From a bacterium (lineage in GTDB: Bacteria > Actinomycetota > Acidimicrobiia > Spongiisociales > JAHEDJ01): DNA of 64,000 nt. The stretch covers positions 23,594-87,593 of the forward strand of contig JAHEDJ010000001.1 in assembly GCA_024641325.1 (NCBI GenBank), read 5' to 3'. Positions within the stretch are counted from its first letter, which is position 1, and every line of letters starts with the position of its first letter. The translations under genes and the position numbers were made by a program. This document shows, one piece after another, positions 38,404-47,434 of the stretch. The notes below the pieces were generated by a model. The model saw only the letters and a program-made list of their open reading frames with translations, made no database searches and was not told the origin of the DNA.

Positions 38404-39174
38404 GTGATCGAATTCCCGGCTGTGGAACCCGGCGAGGATATCCGGGTGAGCGCTTCATCGTTCGTGTCGTTCTGTGAATGTCCCGAGCGCGCCGCCGCCC
38501 ATTTTCGGGGCGTCTACAGCCCGGATACCAGGGCTTCCTTCAGTGGTGGTCTCGCCCACCGCGTGTTCGCCCGACACCTCGACCGGGGCGAAATCTCCCC
38601 TGCTCAGTTCGAGCAGGCCTGTAGGGAGGAAATCGGTTCCTCGAACCTCAACTACAAGGTTGCAACCCTGGGCCTCAAACCCAGCGCCCTCGGTCGCGTG
38701 ATCGAAGAGGTTGGACTGCTCTATGAGCGATTCAAACGACTGCCGGACGAGGGTTACGAGGCTTCCGAAGTCTCGTTTGAGTTTGAACCCGCCGCCGGCG
38801 TGACTCTCGTCGGGCGAATCGATGCGGTTTTCGATGAGGACTCCGGCGCCAAATTGGTCGACTGGAAGACCGGAGCACTTGGAGAGGTTGAGCTGCAGCT
38901 TGGTTTCTACGCGATGTTGTGGGCCTTCGAGAAGGGCGAACTGCCCGGAGCGGTTGAGGCAATCTCGGTCGCGACGGGGGAGCGCTACTGCGAGGTTCCC
39001 ACTAGAACCGGAGTGCAAGAAACAGCCCGGCGCGTTTCGACCATGATCAACTCGCTCCGCCGATCTTGGCAGAGGGGCTCCGAGATGGAGAGGCGCGGAG
39101 GGCCTTGGTGCAGCTATTGCCCGGTGCTGGACGGATGTCAGGAGGGCACAGCCGCAGTTGACGTCGCAGGCTGA
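38404..39174 (+). CDS. PD-(D/E)XK nuclease family protein with Cys cluster (RecB-family exonuclease / Cas4-like fold)
   Basis: The N-terminus carries FCECPERAA, the nuclease core is VGRIDAVFDEDSGAKLVDWKTG (D...D-x-K), and the C-terminus WCSYCPVLDGC has a C-x2-C-x5-C arrangement consistent with a 4Fe-4S nuclease. Confidence 0.55.
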   Translation: MIEFPAVEPGEDIRVSASSFVSFCECPERAAAHFRGVYSPDTRASFSGGLAHRVFARHLDRGEISPAQFEQACREEIGSSNLNYKVATLGLKPSALGRVIEEVGLLYERFKRLPDEGYEASEVSFEFEPAAGVTLVGRIDAVFDEDSGAKLVDWKTGALGEVELQLGFYAMLWAFEKGELPGAVEAISVATGERYCEVPTRTGVQETARRVSTMINSLRRSWQRGSEMERRGGPWCSYCPVLDGCQEGTAAVDVAG

Positions 39175-39217
39175 TGTCGCCGGCAGTCGGCCGCCCGCGT
39201 GGCCGCAGGTAGCGACG

Positions 39218-39817
39218 TCAATCGTCTTCGTGCACCTGAGGACGAACTTCCCCGTCCCGGCAGGTTGCCTTGATCTCGAAGGTGTGGTCCTTGTTGACGT
39301 CCTTGAAACGAACCTCGACCTGTTGCGGACCTTCGGACCTGATATCTGTTTTGAAACCGGGGCTGGCAAGGGCCGATTGGAAACCGATGAGATCTCCCGA
39401 GCATGTGACCGTCACCGTGCCTCCATCCGAGAGGATGATGAAGTCGGCCGGCTGACCGGGCGTTGTCGATGGAGTGCTGGTAGTCGGGCTGCTGGTGGGC
39501 ACGGTCGATGGGGTAGATAACGCCGGCACGGTCGTCTCCGGGATGGAGGCTGAGTTGTCGGCGGTGCTGTCCGCCGTATCTCCAGTTTGGCTGGTGGGCG
39601 GAGCGTCGATGCGATCTTCGACATCCTCGGGCACGGTGACACTCGAGGGCACCGAGGGCAGATCATCTGCACTGATGGTTGTCGGGGTCCCTTCGGCGGC
39701 GGCGAGCACCGGAGCCTGTTCGGTGACCTGAGTCTGGACCAGACCAACGGCCTGATAGGCGAGAGTCACGGCAACGGCCGTAGCGAGAACCCATGCAGCT
39801 ATCAATCGCGATTTCAT
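39218..39817 (-). CDS. Secreted/membrane-anchored protein with Ser/Thr/Pro-rich linker
   Basis: The product has an N-terminal signal/TM segment (MKSRLIAAWVLATAVAVTLAY), a low-complexity STP tract, and a Cys-containing C-terminal domain. The ORF-track N-terminal extension is antisense to the response regulator and was rejected. Confidence 0.45.
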   Translation of the reverse strand: MKSRLIAAWVLATAVAVTLAYQAVGLVQTQVTEQAPVLAAAEGTPTTISADDLPSVPSSVTVPEDVEDRIDAPPTSQTGDTADSTADNSASIPETTVPALSTPSTVPTSSPTTSTPSTTPGQPADFIILSDGGTVTVTCSGDLIGFQSALASPGFKTDIRSEGPQQVEVRFKDVNKDHTFEIKATCRDGEVRPQVHEDD

Positions 39818-39928
39818 GCCTGTATCCTCGCATCTCGGCCGTATTACCAGTCCTAACGGCTGGTTAAAGGATGGCAAAACGCCCCCTTGCCGTAGTGCTG
39901 AGGCCGACCTTCTAGGTAGGGTGTTCGC

Positions 39929-40609
39929 ATGCCTTCTGTGCTCTTGATCGAAGACGATGTTCGGATCCGCCAATCGCTCGCACGTGCTCTGGCTTCCCGC
40001 GGGCACGATGTCGACAGTCTGGCAACAGGTATGGAAGGACTCGAGTACGTCATCGCCAACGCTCCCGATGCGGTGATCCTCGATCTCGGGCTCCCCGACC
40101 TGGATGGTGTCGAGATCCTGAAGTTGATTCGCGCGGTCTCCCAGGTGCCCGTCATCGTTGCGACCGCGCGCGATGAGGAAGCCGAAATCGTCAAGGTGCT
40201 CGACGCCGGAGCAGACGATTATGTCGTCAAGCCCTTTTCCGGAGAACAAATCGATGCCAGATTGCGCGCCGTCCTGCGCCGCACCGACCAGGGTGGAGCC
40301 GGTGCCAGCGTCGCGGTGGGTGATCTAGTAATCGATGGACGAGCGCGGGAGGTGACTCTTGCCGGTCAGTCCCTCGAGTTGACGCGAAAGGAATTCGACC
40401 TTCTCGCCTATCTCGCAGACCATGTTGGCGATGTGGTGTCGAAGAGGGAGTTGCTGGCGGAGGTCTGGCGGCAACCTTACGGCGGCGGTGACAAGACGGT
40501 CGACGTTCACTTGTCCTGGCTGCGCAAAAAGCTGGGGGAGACCGCCGCGGAGGCCCGCTACCTGCACACGGTGCGGGGTGTCGGCGTAAAGCTCGTCATT
40601 CCGGACTGA
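39929..40609 (+). CDS. OmpR-family DNA-binding response regulator
   Basis: The receiver domain shows DD...D...K, and a winged-helix C-terminus (LSWLRKKLG) follows. Its stop overlaps the kinase start (ATGA). Confidence 0.9.
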   Translation: MPSVLLIEDDVRIRQSLARALASRGHDVDSLATGMEGLEYVIANAPDAVILDLGLPDLDGVEILKLIRAVSQVPVIVATARDEEAEIVKVLDAGADDYVVKPFSGEQIDARLRAVLRRTDQGGAGASVAVGDLVIDGRAREVTLAGQSLELTRKEFDLLAYLADHVGDVVSKRELLAEVWRQPYGGGDKTVDVHLSWLRKKLGETAAEARYLHTVRGVGVKLVIPD

Positions 40610-41886
40610 TGCGCCGACGGCTCGTCCTCGTATCCGCGGCGATCACGTCAATGGTGGCACTCGCCTTCCTGATCCCGTTGACAGGCCTTGTCGGCCAGCT
40701 GGCGCACGACCGTGCTATGAACAATGCCGAGCGTGATGCGCAGTTCTTCGCCAGCGCGGTCGCTCTCCTGGTGCCGGATGAGCGGGGCCAGGTTTCCCGA
40801 CTCTTGTCCAGCGAGCCCTCATTCGATGGCCGGCTCACCTCTGTGGTCTTCTTTGACGATTCGGTAGCCGGAGCACCGGTGCAGATCGACTCAATAGTTG
40901 AATCCGCACGGGCAAAGCAGGCGACCACCCGGTTCGAGATGGATGGTGGAGAGGCGCTATTCGTCCCGATCAGCGAGGGTGGAGGACGAACAACTCTCGT
41001 CCGGATTTTCGTTCCCGAAGCGTTGCTCACCGAAAACGTGGCATCAGCTCGCCTCATTCTCGGGTTACTCGGTGTCACCCTCGTCGGGATAGCGGTTCTC
41101 GTTTCGGATCGGCTCGCACGATCGATAACAGCTCCGGTGAGAGAGCTCGCCGACGGGGCACATCGGATGGCGGAAGGCGATCTCAACGCTCAGGTCGAGG
41201 TTTCGGGGCCGCGGGAGGTGCAGGAAGTCGGTAGGGCGTTCAACCGGCTCTCCGGGCGAATTGGTGGCCTGCTCGTAGTGGAGCGGGAAGCGGTCGCCGA
41301 CCTGTCGCACCGGCTCAGGACTCCACTGACGGCCGTCAGGCTCGATATCGACGCCGTCGAGGATGGGGCGGTTGCAGAGCGGCTCCGGGAGGATGTTGAC
41401 GAACTCGAACGGACGGTGGACTACGTGATCCGGGAGGCCCGGCGCCCGATGCGACAGGGAGGAGGCGTGATCTCCGACCTCGTGGCGGTGGTGACCGATC
41501 GCACACAGTTCTGGGGTGCGCTGGCCGACGAACAGCAACGAAGGTGGTCGCTAACTGTGCCGGACGGTCCAAGGATGGTGGCGGGAGCTGCTGTGGACTT
41601 TGGAGCGGCTGTGGATGCGTTGTTGGCCAACGTGCTGGCACACACGCCCGCAGGGGTCGGCTTTGATGTGGCCGTGTCCGACGAGTCCGGGCTGGTACGA
41701 CTCACAATCTCAGATCAGGGTGAGGGATTCGGTGAGGAGGCACTCGAACGTGGCTGGTCGGGGAGTGATTCGACCGGCCTCGGGTTGGACATCGTGCGAC
41801 GCACTGTGGCAGACGCCGGGGGGGATCTATCCATCCGATCGGATGCTGGCAGTGTTGTGATCGTGGAGCTGCCGCTGGCAGATTAA
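40609..41886 (+). CDS. Sensor histidine kinase (TM-HAMP-HisKA-HATPase)
   Basis: The product has two TM segments and an H-box (LSHRLRTPLTAV), plus G-boxes (DQGEGF...GLGLDIV). Confidence 0.85.
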   Translation: MRRRLVLVSAAITSMVALAFLIPLTGLVGQLAHDRAMNNAERDAQFFASAVALLVPDERGQVSRLLSSEPSFDGRLTSVVFFDDSVAGAPVQIDSIVESARAKQATTRFEMDGGEALFVPISEGGGRTTLVRIFVPEALLTENVASARLILGLLGVTLVGIAVLVSDRLARSITAPVRELADGAHRMAEGDLNAQVEVSGPREVQEVGRAFNRLSGRIGGLLVVEREAVADLSHRLRTPLTAVRLDIDAVEDGAVAERLREDVDELERTVDYVIREARRPMRQGGGVISDLVAVVTDRTQFWGALADEQQRRWSLTVPDGPRMVAGAAVDFGAAVDALLANVLAHTPAGVGFDVAVSDESGLVRLTISDQGEGFGEEALERGWSGSDSTGLGLDIVRRTVADAGGDLSIRSDAGSVVIVELPLAD

Positions 41887-41887
41887 A

Positions 41888-43150
41888 TCAACCCTCAGAA
41901 CCGACGGCCGGACGGAGGTTCACTACCTCGGCCGGCCGGGTGATTCTCGTCACTTCTCGATCGAGGTCGGTGACGACCGCCAGAAGCTCTGTCCGTAACT
42001 GCTCGAGTGTCCCGCGCACGTTCTCCACCGATGTCGTTATGTCGGTTAGTGAGCGTCGGCTGCCCGACATCAGCTGGGCCAGCTGGCGTATGCGCTGGAG
42101 CCTGTCTTCGAAGAGTCCGTGGTCGAGCTCTCCACGAGTCTGACGCTCGGCAGCCATCGCAGAAATCGCCCAACGAATTGCGACGGACGTCATGGCACCG
42201 TCTCCTTGATCCACCACCAGGAGACGGTGCCCGTAAACGCCGAACTGACCGACCTCCCTCGGGAAAGCTTCGCGGGCGGAAACACAAACGGAGAAATCGG
42301 CAGACCGGTTGACGATTGCTCTGTCCAATTCGTCGAGGATGCCGTCTTTTCCCGCCAGGTTGATTCGCGCGGTGTTCTTGGCTTCGACGACGATCCGGGC
42401 CCCGTCGGCAAGTGTGACGACGAAGTCGCCGACCATTGCGTCGGCGCTGAACTCGCCGGGCGTTCTACCCGTCCGCTCGACTACGCAACCGCCGAGTCCG
42501 GCGACGGCTTCTCGAAGCCAATTCTCGACAGATTCTTCGAAGTCGAATCCCTTCTGAGTGCCGGCTTCGGCCTCTTCTGCCCGCCCTCGCTGATGCATGA
42601 CTGCGTCGCGCAACTCCGTGAGCCGATCCTCGATCGACCGGCCGAGTTGGGCGAAAGCCGATGTGTCGACGGTCGGGTCCAGCGCCTCCTCGAGACGTCT
42701 CTGGAGTTCACCTGCCGGGCCTACCAGCGACGCGAGTTGGGACAAAAAGACGGCCGTGTTGCTGTCGGCATCGGCCGGATCCATGCGCGCCAGGAAGTCG
42801 TCTCGCCAGGCCGTGAATTCGTTGAGTGTCCTCGCAACCGTCGAACTCCGATGCTCGGGAGAGAGTTGTGCTTCAAATGCGTGGCCGGCAGTCGTGAGGA
42901 CCGTCTCGACCTCCCGGCGGGCCTCGGCGGTGGCTTCGAGGATGGAACGTCTAACTCGGTCATCGATCTCCGAGAGGTCGATGCCGAGACCCATCGACAA
43001 GAGTCCTCTCACCCCGACGGCTATGGCCCTCGTGAGAACCTCAGCTCGCAACTCCTCCGGCTGAGTCGTCAGCAACTGTGCCAATCCGGGGTCGGTCACC
43101 TCGAGATCCTCGATCGTGACTGTGTCTCCGTCCACTCGTATCAGCGCCAT
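41888..43150 (-). CDS. Hypothetical coiled-coil protein with C-terminal PD-(D/E)XK-like motif (RmuC-like architecture?)
   Basis: I chose the internal Met MALIRVDG. A long helical N-terminal region is present, and the C-terminus GDFVVTLADGARIVVEAKNT resembles a D...E-x-K nuclease motif. Assignment is uncertain. Confidence 0.35.
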   Translation of the reverse strand: MALIRVDGDTVTIEDLEVTDPGLAQLLTTQPEELRAEVLTRAIAVGVRGLLSMGLGIDLSEIDDRVRRSILEATAEARREVETVLTTAGHAFEAQLSPEHRSSTVARTLNEFTAWRDDFLARMDPADADSNTAVFLSQLASLVGPAGELQRRLEEALDPTVDTSAFAQLGRSIEDRLTELRDAVMHQRGRAEEAEAGTQKGFDFEESVENWLREAVAGLGGCVVERTGRTPGEFSADAMVGDFVVTLADGARIVVEAKNTARINLAGKDGILDELDRAIVNRSADFSVCVSAREAFPREVGQFGVYGHRLLVVDQGDGAMTSVAIRWAISAMAAERQTRGELDHGLFEDRLQRIRQLAQLMSGSRRSLTDITTSVENVRGTLEQLRTELLAVVTDLDREVTRITRPAEVVNLRPAVGSEG

Positions 43151-43211
43151 GTGTTCAATGTATCCGGCACGAGTGACAGAAACGCGCATTTGGGTGTGGG
43201 ACAATCTCCGG

Positions 43212-44906
43212 ATGCCCGCACCGATCGCCCCAGTCGCCGATCTTCGTGCCGCGCTACATGCGCTGGCGGAGTTGATCGACGATGTGACGTTCAAGCTCCC
43301 CGGCAACGCTCGCACGGCTCGAAACACTCTGCGGCGAGAGACCGCCTGGGGTATCAACGAGTACCTTCTACCCAGACTCGGTGACCTCGATGCCCCTCTC
43401 GTCGCGGTATTGATTGGCTCAACCGGAAGCGGCAAGTCCACCATTCTCAACAGCCTTGCTCAACTCCCTATCAGCGATGCCGGCGCGCTCCGCCCCACCA
43501 CGACCATGCCCGTCGTCTGGGCTCACGGACTCCACGTCGATCGCTACCGGGAGGAGTTTCTCTCCGGATATGGATCCGAGCAGCAGCCTATCCGAGTGGT
43601 AGACGGCAGAGATTCGCTGCTCCGCGGGCTCACGGTCATCGACGCACCGGATTTCGACTCGGTTGTGGAGCACCACCGCCGGATGGCGGACGATTTGTTG
43701 GCGGTAGGTGATGTCATCTTGTTCGTGACCTCGGCCCAGCGCTACGCCGACGCCGTCCCGTGGGAGTTTCTGGAGAAGGCTCACTCGCGTTCGGTTCCGG
43801 TTCTGTTCATCGCCAATCGAATTCCACCCCGATCCGACGATCTGATCGCCGACTACCGGCGCCTCCTGGAGGAGAGAGGGTTCCCCCTGGAGCAGCGCTT
43901 TTTCGAGATTACCGAACAGCCTGTCGAGCGGACGATCGGTGCTCTGCCTGAGAAGGCGGTGGTCGATATCCTTGCTCGTCTGCAGGAGATGGCGAGCGAA
44001 TCGGGCCGCGCCGCGGTACTCGAGGCCTCGATACGCGGCGCCGTTGGCGAGCTTGCCGTTCGAACGGCCGCTCTCGAACAGGCCGTCTCCCAAGAGGTCG
44101 CTGAGGCCGGAGCCTTGCGTCGTGTTGCGTCTGCTGCATATGAACGTCAGGTCGGAGAGGTCTCCGGATCCCTGGATTCCGGCGAGCTGATCCGAGCCGA
44201 GGTGATCGAGAGATGGCAGGAGTTCCTGGGTACCGGCGAGTTGACGAAGGCAATCACCGACGGCGTTTCTCGCCTCTCCTCGTGGGCCAGGCGGGTGTTC
44301 GGCGGCAACCAGTCCGTCACGCGGGTCCGGGCAGATACCGGCATGGAGTTGAGCGAGGTCCTAATCCGCCGCGCCGACCTGGCCGCCACGGCTGCGGCAT
44401 CAGCGTGGGAACTGGACCCGGCCGGCGCTGCGTTGCTCGGTGGCCGGCCACTCTGGAGACACGCCGACACGACTGCGGCGCGCGCAGCCGAGGCCGTGGA
44501 AGACTGGCTGACAGACCTCTCCGAGCTGATATCCGAAGCAGGCGCATCCAAGAAGCGGACTGCGCAGGTGGCGTCCTACGGCGTAAACAGCGTTGCAGTG
44601 GCGTTGATTCTCGGTGTGTTCCTTCAGACCGGAGGCCTAACGGGTGCCGAGGTCGGGGTGGCAGCCGGAGCGGCTGCCGCACAACAGAAACTGCTCGAGC
44701 ACCTGTTCGGCTCGGCAGCTGCTCGCTCGCTGATCGAAACAGCCAGGCTCCGACTGAGCCACACGGTCGGCGTGGTGCTCACAGAAGATGGAGCGAGGTT
44801 CGGCAAGCTCCTCGACGACCATACCGATGAGTTGCCAGAGGCAGGCTCGTTGATTTCCGCGTGCGACCGGGTGCTCGACTTGGTGGAGGCATGGGATGGC
44901 GTATGA
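43212..44906 (+). CDS. Dynamin-like GTPase family protein (bacterial DLP, IniA/DynA-like)
   Basis: The product has a P-loop GSTGSGKST, a G2 Thr (RPTTT), a G3 motif VIDAPDFDS, and a long helical stalk. The start MPAPIAPV was chosen over the track start at 43116. Confidence 0.65.
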   Translation: MPAPIAPVADLRAALHALAELIDDVTFKLPGNARTARNTLRRETAWGINEYLLPRLGDLDAPLVAVLIGSTGSGKSTILNSLAQLPISDAGALRPTTTMPVVWAHGLHVDRYREEFLSGYGSEQQPIRVVDGRDSLLRGLTVIDAPDFDSVVEHHRRMADDLLAVGDVILFVTSAQRYADAVPWEFLEKAHSRSVPVLFIANRIPPRSDDLIADYRRLLEERGFPLEQRFFEITEQPVERTIGALPEKAVVDILARLQEMASESGRAAVLEASIRGAVGELAVRTAALEQAVSQEVAEAGALRRVASAAYERQVGEVSGSLDSGELIRAEVIERWQEFLGTGELTKAITDGVSRLSSWARRVFGGNQSVTRVRADTGMELSEVLIRRADLAATAAASAWELDPAGAALLGGRPLWRHADTTAARAAEAVEDWLTDLSELISEAGASKKRTAQVASYGVNSVAVALILGVFLQTGGLTGAEVGVAAGAAAAQQKLLEHLFGSAAARSLIETARLRLSHTVGVVLTEDGARFGKLLDDHTDELPEAGSLISACDRVLDLVEAWDGV

Positions 44907-46482
44907 CATAGCCGCCGCCCTCGATCTCCTCGATCTCGCCATAGGCAGAGCAACGGAGATCGTCGAGCCTGAGGTTCTGATGCCGCACGCGCAGACTGCA
45001 AAGGACGTTCGCGCCAGGATCGGCTTCCTCGGTCGGTCGGTTGTCGTCGCCCTGGTGGGCGGCACCGGATCGGGCAAATCCAGCCTCCTGAATGCACTGG
45101 CCGGAGAGGAGGTCGCGGCCACGGGCGTAGTGCGCCCGACCACCGAGCGGCCCCTCGCCTGGATCCCGGCCAACCCGGAACCTGGCCTGACCCGGCTGCT
45201 GGATGATCTCTCCATCGGTGACAGGGTCGGGCACGACTCCTTCGGAGAGATCGCCATTCTCGACCTGCCCGATACCGATAGCGTGATCCGGTCACATCGG
45301 GAGGTGGTTGAGTACCTTCTCCCCAGGGTGGACGCGGTGATCTGGGTCCTCGATCCCGAGAAATACAACGACCGTCTGCTGCACCGCGATCTGCTGCAAC
45401 CACTCAGTCGCTATTCGTCGCAGTTCATCTTTGTCCTCAACCAGATCGACCGATTGAGCCCGGCGGAGGAAAACCAGGTGGTGGATGATCTCCGGCGAAC
45501 ACTCGAGGAGGACGGAATCGATAACGCTCAACTCCTTACTATTGCCGCCGCTCCCGACAGCGGGCCACGAATTGGGATCGCCCGCTTGAGCCGTGACCTG
45601 CACGGCAAGCTCGAGGCAAAGCAAGTGGTCATGAAGAAGATCATCGCCGACCTCCGTGAAGCACGAGACGGTATCGCCCGTACGACTGGAGTCGGCGTGG
45701 GGGCGGGAACATCGTACGACGATCGCTGGGACGCGACCGCGAACCATGTCACGGGGATACTGGTTGACCCCATGGTCGGAGACGATGCGGCGGCCCTGGA
45801 AGCGGGCCGGCAGGCGGCCCTCAGAAGAGGTGGAGGACCTATTGCCGCTCTCACCGGATGGTACCGATCCACCCGGTTCGCCCGGGTGGCCGGCCGCACT
45901 CACCCGGCGGACAAGGTCCGGCTGGATGCCTCTGCGCAGCTCACGCGGGCGGCTTCGTCCGTTACCGAATTGGTGGCCGATCTGTCTTTTGAGATTGGCG
46001 GATCATTCGGGCGGGTTCTCCGTGGGGAAGTGGTGCCCGAGGGGATTGAGCAGGAGATCGGTCGAGTCGTGGAGGCGGCGTCGCGAGAGGTCGGGGAGTT
46101 CCGAGTCGGCGCGCCGAGTTGGTGGTGGCGCTTGATCGGGGTGGCTCAGTGGTTTCTGGCGGGCGCGATCCTGGCAGGGATCATCTGGCTGTGGGCCGAT
46201 CCGGATTCGCTCGAGCCGGGGGGCGACGTACGTCCTCTGTTGCTGGCCGCAGGTTCACTGGTGCTGGGATTGCTCCTTCGTGCGGCGATTGTCGTCGCCG
46301 GTCAGCGCGCCGGGCGTCGTGCCCTTCTTCGGCATGTTGACGCCCTCCGAGCCGCCGTCCGGTCGAGGCTCGATCGCGGGGTGGGAAGCTCCATCAGGAC
46401 GCGAATGAGGACCCGGGCGGAAGTCGCCGGAGCGTTGACGGAACTAGGGATTGTCACTGCGGCATTGGAAGAGAGTCTGTAA
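44896..46482 (+). CDS. Dynamin-like GTPase family protein with C-terminal TM hairpin (DynB/IniC-like partner)
   Basis: The product has a P-loop GGTGSGKSS, a G3 motif ILDLPDTDS and a G4 motif LNQID. A C-terminal hydrophobic hairpin (WWWRLIGVAQWFLAGAILAGIIWLW) is present. The gene overlaps the upstream DLP by 11 nt. Confidence 0.65.
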   Translation: MAYDIAAALDLLDLAIGRATEIVEPEVLMPHAQTAKDVRARIGFLGRSVVVALVGGTGSGKSSLLNALAGEEVAATGVVRPTTERPLAWIPANPEPGLTRLLDDLSIGDRVGHDSFGEIAILDLPDTDSVIRSHREVVEYLLPRVDAVIWVLDPEKYNDRLLHRDLLQPLSRYSSQFIFVLNQIDRLSPAEENQVVDDLRRTLEEDGIDNAQLLTIAAAPDSGPRIGIARLSRDLHGKLEAKQVVMKKIIADLREARDGIARTTGVGVGAGTSYDDRWDATANHVTGILVDPMVGDDAAALEAGRQAALRRGGGPIAALTGWYRSTRFARVAGRTHPADKVRLDASAQLTRAASSVTELVADLSFEIGGSFGRVLRGEVVPEGIEQEIGRVVEAASREVGEFRVGAPSWWWRLIGVAQWFLAGAILAGIIWLWADPDSLEPGGDVRPLLLAAGSLVLGLLLRAAIVVAGQRAGRRALLRHVDALRAAVRSRLDRGVGSSIRTRMRTRAEVAGALTELGIVTAALEESL

Positions 46483-46561
46483 GGGATTGCAGGCGTTCTC
46501 ACGATTCGTGGAGAGGCCCACTGGCTAAGCTTGCCGGCGGAGTGAGTGCGGAGGAGGCATT

Positions 46562-47422
46562 GTGACGGAATGGCGCGACTGGCCCACGTGGCGTCATGTT
46601 GTTGCGGCCGCGCATGACCAGGTTGGGAGTGCCGCAACAGTGGGCGCCGATGCCGCCCGTGCAGTCGGGGATTTGTTGAAGATCGTGTCCGATGTCACCC
46701 CGGGGGATTTCCCGGCTGCCGTGCTCGACGCCGTCGATCTGTTGTCCGCCAATCAGCAGGCTATGGCTCCCATAACCAACCTCCGCAATGCGGTCTATCT
46801 CAATGTGGACGGTGGCCCTGCCGCAGTGGCCGACGCCGTTTCCGATCTCGAACGCCGCATACGTGAAAGCTGGCGTGGTATCGCGGAGGCAGGGCTATCG
46901 GTGATTCCGCCGAACGGAACCGTTCTCATCCACTCTGCCTCGAGCACAGTCCGCACCGTGCTCGAGATGGCGAGAGACCACGTGGACTTCGACGTGGTTT
47001 GCACTCGGGCTATGCCGGTCGGCGAGGGCATGGAGATGGCGGCAGAGCTGCGCGCCGGCGGATTCGAGGTAGAGCTCATAGATGATGAGGTCGCTATCGA
47101 AGTGTTGCCCGGTATGGACGTCGTGCTGGCAGGCGCGGATGCAATCGGGCCAAGCCAGGTGATCAACAAGGTCGGAACGGCAGTGCTGGCCGGAGCAGCC
47201 AAAGCAATCGGCGTGCCGTTCTATCTGCTGGCCGCGACGAACAAGATCCTTCCCGAGGTGCTATTCAACGCCTCTCTTCAACGGCGGGGTCGTGAGGATC
47301 TGAGCGAAGCCATTGCCCTCGACGTCTTCTCCGGTGTGGTCACCGAGATCGGAGTCTTGGACGCGGGAGCCGTTGCCGGTTACGCAGGGGCGCTGGCGGT
47401 GGCGGAGGAGTTGACGGCCTAG
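46562..47422 (+). CDS. eIF-2B alpha/beta/delta-like (MtnA-related) family protein
   Basis: The 286-aa product has a GTVLIHSASSTV...LLAATNKI pattern typical of the IF-2B/ribose-bisphosphate isomerase family. The GTG start follows GGAGGAGG. Confidence 0.5.
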   Translation: MTEWRDWPTWRHVVAAAHDQVGSAATVGADAARAVGDLLKIVSDVTPGDFPAAVLDAVDLLSANQQAMAPITNLRNAVYLNVDGGPAAVADAVSDLERRIRESWRGIAEAGLSVIPPNGTVLIHSASSTVRTVLEMARDHVDFDVVCTRAMPVGEGMEMAAELRAGGFEVELIDDEVAIEVLPGMDVVLAGADAIGPSQVINKVGTAVLAGAAKAIGVPFYLLAATNKILPEVLFNASLQRRGREDLSEAIALDVFSGVVTEIGVLDAGAVAGYAGALAVAEELTA

Positions 47423-47434
47423 GGCCGGGCGACC

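Noticed and set aside
38455-39369. 304-aa minus-strand ORF
   Set aside because: It is antisense to the Cas4-like nuclease gene.
39818-40249. N-terminal 144 aa of the track ORF 39218..40249
   Set aside because: This portion is antisense to the response-regulator gene. The signal-peptide-bearing internal Met at 39817 gives a coherent secreted protein.
42119-43384. 421-aa plus-strand ORF
   Set aside because: It is antisense to the coiled-coil/nuclease-like gene. It is Arg/Gly-rich and low-complexity.
43116-46482. SelB-like elongation factor among the two large GTPases
   Set aside because: The G-domains are dynamin-type (GSTGSGKST / LNQID, long stalks). They are not EF-Tu-like (no GHVDHGKTTL), so they are not SelB.
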